A stretch of DNA of 25,856 nt from Saprospiraceae bacterium (GCA_046597295.1 JBKJKS010000239.1:1-25856), one strand, 5' to 3'; counted from the stretch's first letter, positions 13,761 to 23,244 are shown. The notes: generated from the sequence alone by a model not told the origin. Numbers and translations are program-made.

Positions 13761-15995
13761 ATGAATGCCTTAAGCCCCCTCTACTACTCATTTCCGGTCC
13801 GGCTGCTGGTGCTGCACGTGCGCAATCACTTGATGCTGGTCGCCCTCTGGGTGATCCTGGGGATGATGATGACGGGGATGATCGGACGTTTCTTCGGGGT
13901 GCACTACGTACTGCTAACTCCCGAGTACTGCGGCGAGGTCAATTTCTGGAGCTTTCTGCTGACGGGGGCCGCATTCGGCGCCTTTATCATGATCTGGCAC
14001 CTGACCACTTACCTGCTCAGCGCCAACCGCTTTCCGTTCCTGGCCACGCTGGATACGCCCTTCACCAAATTCAGCGTCAACAACAGCCTCATTCCGCTGG
14101 CGGCGCTGGTGACCTACCTGGCGGCGACGATTTGGTTTCAATGGCATGATGAACTGACCTCCACCGGGGCGATCGCCTGGAACGTTATCGGCTTTCTGAC
14201 CGGCACTGCCGCCCTGATTAGTCTGCTGGTGGGCTATTTGTACGTGACCAACAAGGATATTGGCGCTTTTCTACGGCCGGGCAGTTTCATTCCGCGGCCC
14301 GGTGGCCGGCTGCTGGTACCGGGCCAGCGCCTGCCGACCATTCATGAAATACAGGTGGGCACTACCCGCTGGCGGACCGATACCTACCTCACCGGGCGGC
14401 TACGGCCCCGCCTGGTCCGCAGCGTTGCCCACTACAATCCCACTATCCTGAGCCAGGTGTTCCGGCAGAACCACCTCAATGCGGTCATTGTACAAGTGGT
14501 CGCCTTGCTGCTGCTGGTCGTACTTGGGCTGTTCCTGGACAAGGACTGGGCGCGTATTCCGACCGCCGCTACTTTTTTCCTGCTGGCCAGCATGGTCATG
14601 TCCGTGTTCGGCGCCATCACTTTCTGGTTTCGGACCTGGAGTACCTTCGTTTTTCTCAGCCTGCTATTCATCGTCAATACCCTCACCGGCTGGGGCTTTC
14701 TCAATTACCGCAACCACGCTTACGGGCTGGATTACCGGCTGGAGAACCGGGCAGATTACACCTACAGTAACTTTGAGAAAATCGGCGCACCACAGCATAT
14801 TGCGCTTGATCTGGCCGCTACCCGCAGCATCCTGGACCGCTGGCTGGCCAAAAACCAGACGGCCCGGAATCCCAAACCCAAGCTGGTCCTGCTTTGCGTC
14901 AGCGGCGGCGGCACGCGCTCAGCCGTCTGGACCATGCAGGCCCTGCAACAGGCCGACCGGCTCACCGAGGGCCGCCTGCTGCGGCATACCGTACTGATCA
15001 CCGGCGCATCGGGCGGGATGCTGGGGGCCAGCCTGGTCCGCGAACTGGCGCTGCGCCAGCACCTGGGTGAACCGGTGTCGGCACAGGACACCTCGTTCAT
15101 TCAAAATATGGGCGAAGACCTGCTGAATCCGGTCACCTTTACCATCGTTGCGAATGACCTTTTCGTGCCCCTCACGCAGTTCAAGTCTGGCAATTTCACC
15201 TACAGCAAGGACCGGGGGTATATTTTTGAGCGTCAGTTGAATGAAAATTGCCGGGGCTATTTCAACCGCCGCCTGGCGGATTACCGGCAGCCGGAAGCCG
15301 AGGCCATTATTCCCATGATGATCCTGTCGCCTTTCGTACTGAACGATGCGCGCCGGATGCTGATCAGCCCCCAGGGCGTCAGCTATCTGATGCGGCCGCC
15401 GGATTCGACCTTGTATCCCGAAATAGACGGCGTGGATTTTGGCCGGCTCTTCCAGGCGCAGCAGGCGGACAGCCTGGCCTTTACTTCCGCCCTGCGCATG
15501 AACTGCACCTACCCGCTGATCCTGCCCAACGTGTGGCTGCCGACCAGCCCCGCCGTGGAGGCGGTGGACGCCGGTTTTCGGGACAACTACGGAATGGGTT
15601 TAGCTACCCGTTTCCTGCATAATTTCCGCGATTGGGTTACTGCCAATACCGGCGGCGTGATTATCGTGCAAATCAGGTGCTGGGAAAAAATAGAACCCAT
15701 TTCCAAAAGCGACGCTAAGGGCATTATTGAGAGCCTGTTCACGCCAGCCAATGCCGTCGCCAGCCTGACCACCATGCAGGACTACGACCAGGACGGCGCC
15801 CTGGCCCTGCTGGCCGACCTGCTGGGAAAGAATCAGCTGCAATTCATCCCTTTTTACTACCGTCCGGTCCGCAAACAACGGGAGGCTTCCCTCAGTCTGC
15901 ACCTCAGTAAACGGGAAAAACTGGACCTGATGCAGGCTTTTTATTCCGTTGAAAATCAAAAGAGTGTGGCGGTATTGCGCGAGGCCCTACGCTGA
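13761..15995 (+). CDS. Polytopic membrane patatin/cPLA2-like phospholipase
   Basis: Start reassigned to ATG 13761 (744 aa). Roughly 8-9 hydrophobic helices in the N-terminal ~310 aa. Catalytic motifs SGGGTRSA, GASGG (nucleophile Ser) and VDAGFRDN (Asp). Confidence 0.85.
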   Translation: MNALSPLYYSFPVRLLVLHVRNHLMLVALWVILGMMMTGMIGRFFGVHYVLLTPEYCGEVNFWSFLLTGAAFGAFIMIWHLTTYLLSANRFPFLATLDTPFTKFSVNNSLIPLAALVTYLAATIWFQWHDELTSTGAIAWNVIGFLTGTAALISLLVGYLYVTNKDIGAFLRPGSFIPRPGGRLLVPGQRLPTIHEIQVGTTRWRTDTYLTGRLRPRLVRSVAHYNPTILSQVFRQNHLNAVIVQVVALLLLVVLGLFLDKDWARIPTAATFFLLASMVMSVFGAITFWFRTWSTFVFLSLLFIVNTLTGWGFLNYRNHAYGLDYRLENRADYTYSNFEKIGAPQHIALDLAATRSILDRWLAKNQTARNPKPKLVLLCVSGGGTRSAVWTMQALQQADRLTEGRLLRHTVLITGASGGMLGASLVRELALRQHLGEPVSAQDTSFIQNMGEDLLNPVTFTIVANDLFVPLTQFKSGNFTYSKDRGYIFERQLNENCRGYFNRRLADYRQPEAEAIIPMMILSPFVLNDARRMLISPQGVSYLMRPPDSTLYPEIDGVDFGRLFQAQQADSLAFTSALRMNCTYPLILPNVWLPTSPAVEAVDAGFRDNYGMGLATRFLHNFRDWVTANTGGVIIVQIRCWEKIEPISKSDAKGIIESLFTPANAVASLTTMQDYDQDGALALLADLLGKNQLQFIPFYYRPVRKQREASLSLHLSKREKLDLMQAFYSVENQKSVAVLREALR

Positions 15996-16097
15996 AAAAA
16001 CGAAGGCTGCAAAGCATGGGCATTTTTCCCCGCTGTCAGCGTAGCGGGCCAAACCGGAAAAAATCCGTTCTTTCGCGCTGAAAAATCCAGCCCAGCC

Positions 16098-18146
16098 ATG
16101 GCCAAACCACGCAAGCCCACGCCGCCAGCCGCCGCCCCCCGACCGAACCGGCCGGCCGAACCGGGCAAACCCAAGGCCACCGGACGACCGACCCCGCGCC
16201 GACTACCAACGACGGCGATGGTACTGCCCGCGTTCTTCAGCAACCTGCGCCTGCAAAGCCTGTTGATCTTCGGCTTTGCCTTCCTGCTATACGCCAACTC
16301 CCTGAACCATGGTTTCGTGCTGGATGACAGCATCGTCATCACCGACAACATGTTCACCCAGCAGGGACTGCAGGGCATTTCGGGCATTTTTTCGAAAGAC
16401 ACTTTTTTCGGCTTCTTCAAGGTTGAAGGGAAGGATGCGCTGGTTTCCGGAGGCCGCTATCGTCCGATGACGCTGGCTTTGTTCGCGCTGCTGTACCAGC
16501 TGTTCGGCGCGAAAAGCTTTGTTTTCCACCTGCTGACGGTGCTGCTTTTCGCTACCACCTGTGTGATCCTGTACCGGGTGCTGTTACGCTTGTTTGCCAA
16601 CCAGGGCGGAACCGCTGCCGCACTGCTGGCCTGGATCGCCACCCTACTGTTTACGGCCCATCCTATCCACACGGAGGTGGTGAACAACATCAAAGGCTGC
16701 GATGAGATCGTCACGCTGCTGGGTTGCCTGACGGCCCTGTGGTGCACCTTTAAGGCCCTGGACACGCAAAAATTTGCCTGGAAATTGGCCGCCGGCGCGG
16801 CCTTTCTGGTCGCCTGCCTGTCCAAGGAAAATGCGGCGGCTTTCGTGCTCCTCATTCCCCTGGCCCTCTGGTTTAGCCGGCCGGCCGGCTCCGGTGAGAA
16901 CCCGGGAAAGGCGCCGTCGGTCGTGGCTGCCAGCTGGCCCGTCTGGCTGGCCTTTGGGCTGTTCTTTTTGCTGCGCGGCAGTATTTTGCACTGGAAATTC
17001 GGGGTGGACGCTCCGGATCTGATGAACAATCCTTTCCTCAAGTTCAATGGGACGGCGTGGATACCTTTTGCAGGGCTGGAGAAGTGGGCGGCTATTTTTT
17101 ATACCCTCGGCAAATATATTTTGCTGCTGTTCCTGCCGCATCCGCTCACCCATGACTACTATCCCCGGGTGATCGGCATGGTGTCGTTCGCCCATCCTAT
17201 GGTCCTGTTCAGTCTGGCGGCTTACGGCTACCTGGGCTATCAGGCCATTCTCGGGCTGCGGCAGCGCAATCCCTGGCAGTTCGGCATCTGGATGTACCTG
17301 CTGCCCCTGAGCATTGTCTCCAACATCTTTTTTCCCATCGGCACCAACATGGGCGAACGCTTCATTTTCATGCCCTCGGTGGGATTTTGCATCGCCATCG
17401 CGGCACTGCTGCTGCGCTGGGCCGAAAGCGGCCATTTGAAAACCGTACTGATCGTGGCCGGGGCGGTCGTGGCGCTCTTTTCCCTCAAGACCGTCGTGCG
17501 CAATACCGACTGGAGCAGCAATGAAGAACTTTTCTTCGCCGATGTGGGCACCTCGGACAACAGCGCCAAGATCCACAACGCCTGTGGCGGTATACTCTTC
17601 GACCGGGCCAATCAGGAGACCAACCCGGAAAAGCGGTTAGACCTGTGCCGCCAGGCGGTGGACCATCTGACCAAAGCCCTCGAAATTTATCCCAACTACA
17701 AGGACGCCTACATCAGCCGGGGCGGCGCGTATTTTTATTTGAAAAATTACGACGCTGCCATCGCCGACTACCGCCAGGCCGTGCGCTTCGGCCAGGACGA
17801 TCCGCGCTGGAAAACCTACCTGGCGATGGCCCTGCGCGATGGCGCCCAGTACTACGGTGAACAAAAAAACGACCTGGCGACCGCCCAGCGTTACCTGGCC
17901 GAATCCTGGCAGATCAATAACCAGGACGCCCAGACTGCCCGCCTGCAGGGTGTCGTCAACGGCGTGCAGGCCAAACATGCCGAAGCCATTGCCTGGTTCC
18001 AGCAGGCCGTGGCGCTCGATCCCAAGAATGCCGCTAATCTCTTCGATCTGGGCACCGCCTACTACGCTTCCGGCGACGCGGTGAACGGAGAACGCTACCG
18101 CCAGCAGGCGGTGGCCCTGGATCCAAAACTGCTTGAAAAGAAATAA
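16098..18146 (+). CDS. TMTC/DUF1736-like GT-C glycosyltransferase with C-terminal TPRs
   Basis: YANSLNHGFVLDD, YRP, LFTAHPIHTEVV, SKE, PHPLTHDY, GERFIFMPS and RNTDW motifs in a multi-TM domain, followed by several TPRs. Confidence 0.85.
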   Translation: MAKPRKPTPPAAAPRPNRPAEPGKPKATGRPTPRRLPTTAMVLPAFFSNLRLQSLLIFGFAFLLYANSLNHGFVLDDSIVITDNMFTQQGLQGISGIFSKDTFFGFFKVEGKDALVSGGRYRPMTLALFALLYQLFGAKSFVFHLLTVLLFATTCVILYRVLLRLFANQGGTAAALLAWIATLLFTAHPIHTEVVNNIKGCDEIVTLLGCLTALWCTFKALDTQKFAWKLAAGAAFLVACLSKENAAAFVLLIPLALWFSRPAGSGENPGKAPSVVAASWPVWLAFGLFFLLRGSILHWKFGVDAPDLMNNPFLKFNGTAWIPFAGLEKWAAIFYTLGKYILLLFLPHPLTHDYYPRVIGMVSFAHPMVLFSLAAYGYLGYQAILGLRQRNPWQFGIWMYLLPLSIVSNIFFPIGTNMGERFIFMPSVGFCIAIAALLLRWAESGHLKTVLIVAGAVVALFSLKTVVRNTDWSSNEELFFADVGTSDNSAKIHNACGGILFDRANQETNPEKRLDLCRQAVDHLTKALEIYPNYKDAYISRGGAYFYLKNYDAAIADYRQAVRFGQDDPRWKTYLAMALRDGAQYYGEQKNDLATAQRYLAESWQINNQDAQTARLQGVVNGVQAKHAEAIAWFQQAVALDPKNAANLFDLGTAYYASGDAVNGERYRQQAVALDPKLLEKK

Positions 18147-18147
18147 T

Positions 18148-19272
18148 ATGAAAAATACACCACTGACAGAAAGACACCTGGCCCTCGGTGCGAAGATGGC
18201 CGAGTTCGCCGGTTACAATATGCCCATCTCGTACAGCACGATCACCGACGAACACCGCGCCGTACGCACCGCAGTGGGCGTGTTCGACGTGAGCCACATG
18301 GGCGAATTCATCGTCAAAGGCAAGGACGCCACGGCCTTTCTGCAAAGTGCTACTTCGAATGACGTCAGCAAACTGACGCCCGGTGAGGTGCAATATTCCT
18401 GCCTCCCCAACAAAAAAAGCGGCATCGTGGACGACCTGCTGGTGTACCGGCTCGATGATGTGGCCGAGATGACCACGGCCGGCGAGCAAACCTACATGGT
18501 GGTGGTGAATGCTTCCAATGAGATCAAGGACTGGCGCTGGATGAAGCGCCTGGCACGGGGTTTCGACGTGAAAATGACGAATATTTCCTCCAAGACCGGC
18601 CTCATTGCCGTACAAGGCCCGAAAGCCGCTGCCGCCCTGCAAAAACTGACCGACATCGATCTGAGCGGTATTAAATATTACTCCTTCCGGCGCGGACGCT
18701 TTGCGACCTGTCAGAATGTGATCGTGTCGGCCACCGGCTATACCGGCAGCGGCGGCTTCGAGATCTACGCTAAAAACAAGGACTTGGTCAAGATATGGGA
18801 CCGGGTCTTCAAGGCCGGTGAAAAATTCGGCATCCAGCCCGCCGGACTGGGCGCCCGCGATACCCTGCGCCTGGAGATGGGCTATTGCCTGTACGGCAAT
18901 GACATCAGCGACACCACCAGCCCGCTGGAAGCCGGTCTGGGCTGGATCACCAAACTGAACAAGGGCGTGGATTTCCCCTCCATCGAAAAATTAAAAAAAC
19001 AGAAAACCGACGGCGTCAAGCGTAAACTGGTCGGTTTTGTCCTGGAGGAGAAGCGGGTACCGCGCCACGACTACGTCATTGAAAGTCCGCGGGGCGCCAC
19101 CATCGGTGTGGTCACTTCGGGGACCCATTCGCCGACGCTGGACAAACCCATCGGGATGGGCTACGTGAAGGCGAAATTTGCCGAACCCGGCACGAAGATC
19201 ATGATTGTCGCGGGCAGTAAGCGGTTGGAAGCAGTCGTGACGAAGGTGCCTTTTGTGACGCCGGGAGTGTAA
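18148..19272 (+). CDS. gcvT: Glycine cleavage system aminomethyltransferase T
   Basis: Start ATG 18148, 1 nt after the TMTC-like stop. Motifs TPL...FAGYNMPISY, EH.AVR..VGVFDVSHMGEF, TGYTGSGGFE, GLGARDTLRLEMGYCLYGND. Confidence 0.97.
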   Translation: MKNTPLTERHLALGAKMAEFAGYNMPISYSTITDEHRAVRTAVGVFDVSHMGEFIVKGKDATAFLQSATSNDVSKLTPGEVQYSCLPNKKSGIVDDLLVYRLDDVAEMTTAGEQTYMVVVNASNEIKDWRWMKRLARGFDVKMTNISSKTGLIAVQGPKAAAALQKLTDIDLSGIKYYSFRRGRFATCQNVIVSATGYTGSGGFEIYAKNKDLVKIWDRVFKAGEKFGIQPAGLGARDTLRLEMGYCLYGNDISDTTSPLEAGLGWITKLNKGVDFPSIEKLKKQKTDGVKRKLVGFVLEEKRVPRHDYVIESPRGATIGVVTSGTHSPTLDKPIGMGYVKAKFAEPGTKIMIVAGSKRLEAVVTKVPFVTPGV

Positions 19273-19336
19273 ATGCAAACCGGTAAGGCAACCCAATGTC
19301 ACCCTACCGCGCCATTCCCCCAAAACTGCAACTTCC

Positions 19337-21688
19337 ATGTCGCTACGTTTGGCTATGCGCGCTTTCCTCCTTTCCATTGCTTTTTCCGTTCTCGCCGGCA
19401 GTCTGGCGGCCCAGTCCGACTCGGCCAGTTTTTCCCGTCTGCGGATTGGGGACTGGGAACAGCACTTGCCCTGGCAGCGCTCATTGTACGTGACCCAGAG
19501 CGACACGAAAGTGTACTTCGCCACCGAATGGGCCATTGTCGAAATTAACAAGGCCGATCGCTCGCCGCGTTTCATTACCAAAGTGGAAGGCCTGAGCGAC
19601 GTGGGGATGAATCTCCTTCGTTACAACCGGGAGACGGATATACTGCTGGTGGCCTATGCTAACAGCAACCTCGATCTGTACCACCTCAAAGACGGCACAG
19701 TGGTCAATCTGCCGTTTATTAAAAAGAACGTCAATATTATCGGGGATAAGAAAATATACGCGGTGTATTTCGACGGCGTATTTGCTTACCTGGCTTGCGG
19801 TTTCGGGGTACTGAAACTCAATCTTGAACGCGCCGAGGCCGAATACACCGTGTTCACGGGCATGCCGGTGCGATCCTTCGCCTTATTTGAAGGCAACCTA
19901 TACGCCGGCACCGACGACGGGGTCTTTCGCCTGCCGGCCGATGACGTTAATCCGGCTGATTTCAGCCGCTGGCAAATGCTCGGCCCGGCCGATGGTTTTA
20001 TTGCCGGCGAACCGGTAGGGGCCATGGCGGTCTGGAACAACCAACTCTACGTGGGCATCCAAAACCGGCTCTATCGCTACGAATCGGAGGCGCTTATCCA
20101 GATCGCGGACAATCCCGATCGCGACGTGTATTTCCTGACTGCCGAAGGCAATGGGCTGGTCATCGGCTGGAAACGTGGTTTTGACGGTTATGTAGACTAC
20201 CTGGAGCCCGACGGCGACCGCTACAACATTTCCAGCAGCTGCGACGCCACCAAACCCTGGTACACGGTGGAGGACGGCGACCGGAAGTTCTGGATTGCCG
20301 ATGACTCCGATCAATTTCGCTTTTACGATCAACCCGCCAATCAGTGCGACCGTTTCGCTTTCAACTCGCCTTATCGCCATACGTCGACCGAGATCAACAT
20401 TGTTCGCGACAAAGTATACGTCGGTACGCCGGGTGCCGAGCCCGGCTTAGGCCCGTTGGGGGAACCCAATCTGGGGGTTTATATTTTTGAAAATGGTTCC
20501 TGGCGTCGTTTTAACCGGGAGACCAATCCGGAGTTGGTGGACGGTGAATGCCATAAAGACCTGTGGCGGGTCGCCGGGCATCCTACCCAGGATAAATTCT
20601 ACGTCGGTAGTTTCGTCGGTGGTCTGATCGAGGCCAATGGCGCCGGTACCGAGACGAAATGTTATACCAGGAACAACTCCATCCTGCAGAATGCCGGGGC
20701 CTCCGGTAGCGGCCGTACGGCGATCAGCGGATTGGCCTTTGATAAAGACGAAAACCTCTGGATAGCCAATTACGGTGCGGGAGCCCCCATTGCTGTGCTG
20801 AAAACCGATGGCACGTTGCGCAATTTTCCATCCGCACCGGCCAATATTCTGACGTCGGTGATCGTCGATCTGAATGGTTACAAGTGGTTCACGATCGGTT
20901 TTAACGGCGGAGTCATGGTGTTCGACAGTGGTAGCGACATCGATGACCCCTCCGACGACCGCTACAAAATTTTTACGTCTTCGAACAGCGTCATGCCCAC
21001 CAATACCGTTAATTGTCTGGCCGTGGACCTGGAAGGCGACATCTGGGTGGGCACCCAGCAGGGCACGGTGAGCTTTGAGTGTGGTAGCAACGTCTTCGAT
21101 CCGAGCTGCACCGGCCGGCGCCGCATCATCAACGTGGATGGTTTCAACGGCTACCTGCTGGAGACGGAAGATGTACGCACCATCGCCGTGGATGGCGGTA
21201 ACCGCAAATGGTTTGGTACGACCAATGGCATTTTTGTCCAGTCGGCGGACGGGTTGACCGAAGAAGGCCGTTTTACCGCCACGAACAGCCCGCTGTTCGA
21301 TAATAACATCACCGACATCGCGATCAATCCAAAGAACGGCGAGGTGTGGATCGGTACGGAAAAGGGCCTGCTGTCGCTGCGCGGCGAAGCGACCACCGGC
21401 GGAAGGATCAATTCCGCCACCTCGTACGCTTATCCCAACCCGGTCCAGCCCGGTTACGATGGCCCGATCGCCATCTACGGCCTGGCGCGGGACGCCAATA
21501 TCAAGATCACCGATGTGGCCGGCAACCTGGTGTACGAGGGACAGGCTTTGGGGGGTCAGGCCATCTGGAATGGCCGCGATTATTTGGGCCGGCGCGCAGC
21601 CTCCGGGGTTTATTTGGTCTTTGCCACCAGCGTGGCCAATTTTGAAAACCCGGATGCCATTATCACCAAAGTGGTCATCCTCAACTAG
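19337..21688 (+). CDS. porZ: Type IX secretion system A-LPS delivery protein PorZ-like (two beta-propellers + T9SS CTD)
   Basis: Signal peptide ending LAA|Q (alternative start 19355) and IGDWEQHLPW. Reg_prop repeats DKDENLWIAN, DLEGDIWVGT, DGGNRKWFGTTNG. CTD YAYPNPV...IKITDVAGNLVY...WNGRDYLGRRAASGVYLV. Confidence 0.85.
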   Translation: MSLRLAMRAFLLSIAFSVLAGSLAAQSDSASFSRLRIGDWEQHLPWQRSLYVTQSDTKVYFATEWAIVEINKADRSPRFITKVEGLSDVGMNLLRYNRETDILLVAYANSNLDLYHLKDGTVVNLPFIKKNVNIIGDKKIYAVYFDGVFAYLACGFGVLKLNLERAEAEYTVFTGMPVRSFALFEGNLYAGTDDGVFRLPADDVNPADFSRWQMLGPADGFIAGEPVGAMAVWNNQLYVGIQNRLYRYESEALIQIADNPDRDVYFLTAEGNGLVIGWKRGFDGYVDYLEPDGDRYNISSSCDATKPWYTVEDGDRKFWIADDSDQFRFYDQPANQCDRFAFNSPYRHTSTEINIVRDKVYVGTPGAEPGLGPLGEPNLGVYIFENGSWRRFNRETNPELVDGECHKDLWRVAGHPTQDKFYVGSFVGGLIEANGAGTETKCYTRNNSILQNAGASGSGRTAISGLAFDKDENLWIANYGAGAPIAVLKTDGTLRNFPSAPANILTSVIVDLNGYKWFTIGFNGGVMVFDSGSDIDDPSDDRYKIFTSSNSVMPTNTVNCLAVDLEGDIWVGTQQGTVSFECGSNVFDPSCTGRRRIINVDGFNGYLLETEDVRTIAVDGGNRKWFGTTNGIFVQSADGLTEEGRFTATNSPLFDNNITDIAINPKNGEVWIGTEKGLLSLRGEATTGGRINSATSYAYPNPVQPGYDGPIAIYGLARDANIKITDVAGNLVYEGQALGGQAIWNGRDYLGRRAASGVYLVFATSVANFENPDAIITKVVILN

Positions 21689-21817
21689 GGTGGTAGTGAA
21701 GTGCTAACGAATGTTAAAAAATGAAAGATTGTCTGCTAAAAAGCAATAATCGCCCCCTGGCGCCTGTTTTACACCCGACTTTTAACGAATTTAAAATTGA
21801 AAACGGCTCAGCCGCCT

Positions 21818-22057
21818 ATGGAAAAAACCTACACATACGATAATGCCCTGGTGCAGTTCCTGTACCATGAAATGCCTGCCGCCGATGCGGTGGAAATGGT
21901 CGCTATGATCGAGGAGGACCCCGATCTGCACGCGGAGTTCAACAGCCTGTTGCTGTCGAAAACCCAGCTGCCCAAGGTCCAGTTCCATCCTTCGCAAGCA
22001 ACGCTCAGCAACATCCTGCGCTACAGCGCAAAGTCGGCTACGGAAGTTTTCGGTTAG
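21818..22057 (+). CDS. Small soluble protein resembling an anti-sigma N-terminal domain
   Basis: 79 aa from ATG 21818 with an AT-rich upstream region and a downstream terminator. LVQFLYHEM...VEMVAMIEEDPDLHAEF aligns without gaps to the N-terminus of the 12353 anti-sigma. No TM segment. Confidence 0.7.
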   Translation: MEKTYTYDNALVQFLYHEMPAADAVEMVAMIEEDPDLHAEFNSLLLSKTQLPKVQFHPSQATLSNILRYSAKSATEVFG

Positions 22058-22079
22058 GCCCGGTTTTGCTGCCTCCTGC

Positions 22080-22122
22080 AAAAAGCCCTCGTTCTGTTCG
22101 ACAGAGCGAGGGCTTTCGTTTT
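22080..22122. terminator. Bidirectional intrinsic terminator
   Basis: AAAGCCCTCGTTCTGT-TCG-ACAGAGCGAGGGCTTT stem (one G-U) with an A-run on the left and T-rich sequence on the right, between convergent genes. Confidence 0.85.
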
Positions 22123-22142
22123 ACAGGCTCTTTCCCTGACCA

Positions 22143-23138
22143 TCAAGTATTTAAATATTTCCATAGCAGCTCCTTCAGGGCGGCGATGTTCTTATTGGCC
22201 AGCGCGGAAATAAACAGTACCTCGATGCCGGTCGGCAGGGTCGGGCGGAGCAGCTTTTCCAGATCCTTGTCAATCAGGTCGCTTTTGGTAATGGCCAGCA
22301 GGCGCGGTTTGTCCAGCAGCTCGGGGTTAAACTCCTGTAATTCATGCAGCAGAATCTGGTACTCGTCGTTGATGCTGCGGTTGGTATCGGCCGGGATCAT
22401 GAAAAGCAGCGTGCTGTTGCGTTCGATGTGGCGCAGGAACCGGTGACCCAGGCCGCGGCCCTCGTGTGCCCCCTCGATGATGCCCGGAATATCGGCCATG
22501 ATGAAGGTCTGCCCCGGACGAACCTGGACAATACCGATTTGCGGCACCACGGTGGTGAAGGCATAGTCCCCGATCTTGGGCTTGGCCGCGGTGACCGCGC
22601 TCAACAGGGTACTTTTGCCGGCATTGGGAAAGCCGACCAGCCCCACATCAGCCAGTACTTTCAATTCCAGGATCACCCACTTTTCGATGGCGGGTTCGCC
22701 GGGCTGGGCATAGCGGGGCGTCTGGTTGGTAGCCGATTTAAAGAAGTTATTGCCCTTGCCGCCACGGCCGCCGGGAAAGAGGGTCTTTATCTCGTCGCGC
22801 TCGGTGATCTCGAGCAGTATTTCGCCGGTCTCGGCATCGCGGGCCACCGTACCCAGCGGTACCCGCACCACGACGTCGGAGCCGTCGGAGCCGGTTTTGA
22901 GACCGCCGCGGCCATTCTCTCCATCTTTGGCGTAGATGTGCTTGGTGTACCGCAGGTCGAGCAGCGTCCATTCCTGGGGATCGGCCTTCAGAAAGATGTG
23001 GCCGCCGCGGCCGCCATCGCCGCCATCGGGGCCGCCTTTGGGCATCCCGGGACCCCTGTAAAAGTGCATACTGCCCGCCCCGCCTTTACCGGAGCGAAAC
23101 ATGATTTTGACGTAGTCAACAAAGTTTTGTTCTGCCAT
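22143..23138 (-). CDS. obgE: GTPase ObgE/CgtA
   Basis: Start reassigned to ATG 23138 (MAEQNFVD, 331 aa). Gly-rich Obg fold KGGPDGGDGGRGG; G1 GFPNAGKST, G2 FTT, G3 DIPG, G4 TKSD. Confidence 0.97.
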   Translation of the reverse strand: MAEQNFVDYVKIMFRSGKGGAGSMHFYRGPGMPKGGPDGGDGGRGGHIFLKADPQEWTLLDLRYTKHIYAKDGENGRGGLKTGSDGSDVVVRVPLGTVARDAETGEILLEITERDEIKTLFPGGRGGKGNNFFKSATNQTPRYAQPGEPAIEKWVILELKVLADVGLVGFPNAGKSTLLSAVTAAKPKIGDYAFTTVVPQIGIVQVRPGQTFIMADIPGIIEGAHEGRGLGHRFLRHIERNSTLLFMIPADTNRSINDEYQILLHELQEFNPELLDKPRLLAITKSDLIDKDLEKLLRPTLPTGIEVLFISALANKNIAALKELLWKYLNT

Positions 23139-23145
23139 AATGCTA

Positions 23146-23174
23146 AATGTGGCCAATGTGTTAATGTGGCCAAT
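23146..23174. repeat. 12-bp direct repeat in the obg leader
   Basis: AATGTGGCCAAT at 23146-23157 and 23163-23174. Confidence 0.8.
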
Positions 23175-23186
23175 ACGCTAATTCCG

Positions 23187-23194
23187 CAAAAGTA
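23187..23194 (-). promoter_or_regulatory. Bacteroidota sigma-A -7 box for obgE
   Basis: Minus strand TACTTTTG(CG), an exact TAnnTTTG match about 48 nt upstream of the ATG. Confidence 0.65.
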
Positions 23195-23244
23195 GGAAAA
23201 ATGCCGGCAAAAACGGCCGTTCATCTTGCTGAAAACCAGTGGTT

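Noticed and set aside
18148-19272. gcvT without gcvH/gcvP nearby
   Set aside because: Dispersed glycine-cleavage genes are usual in Bacteroidota.
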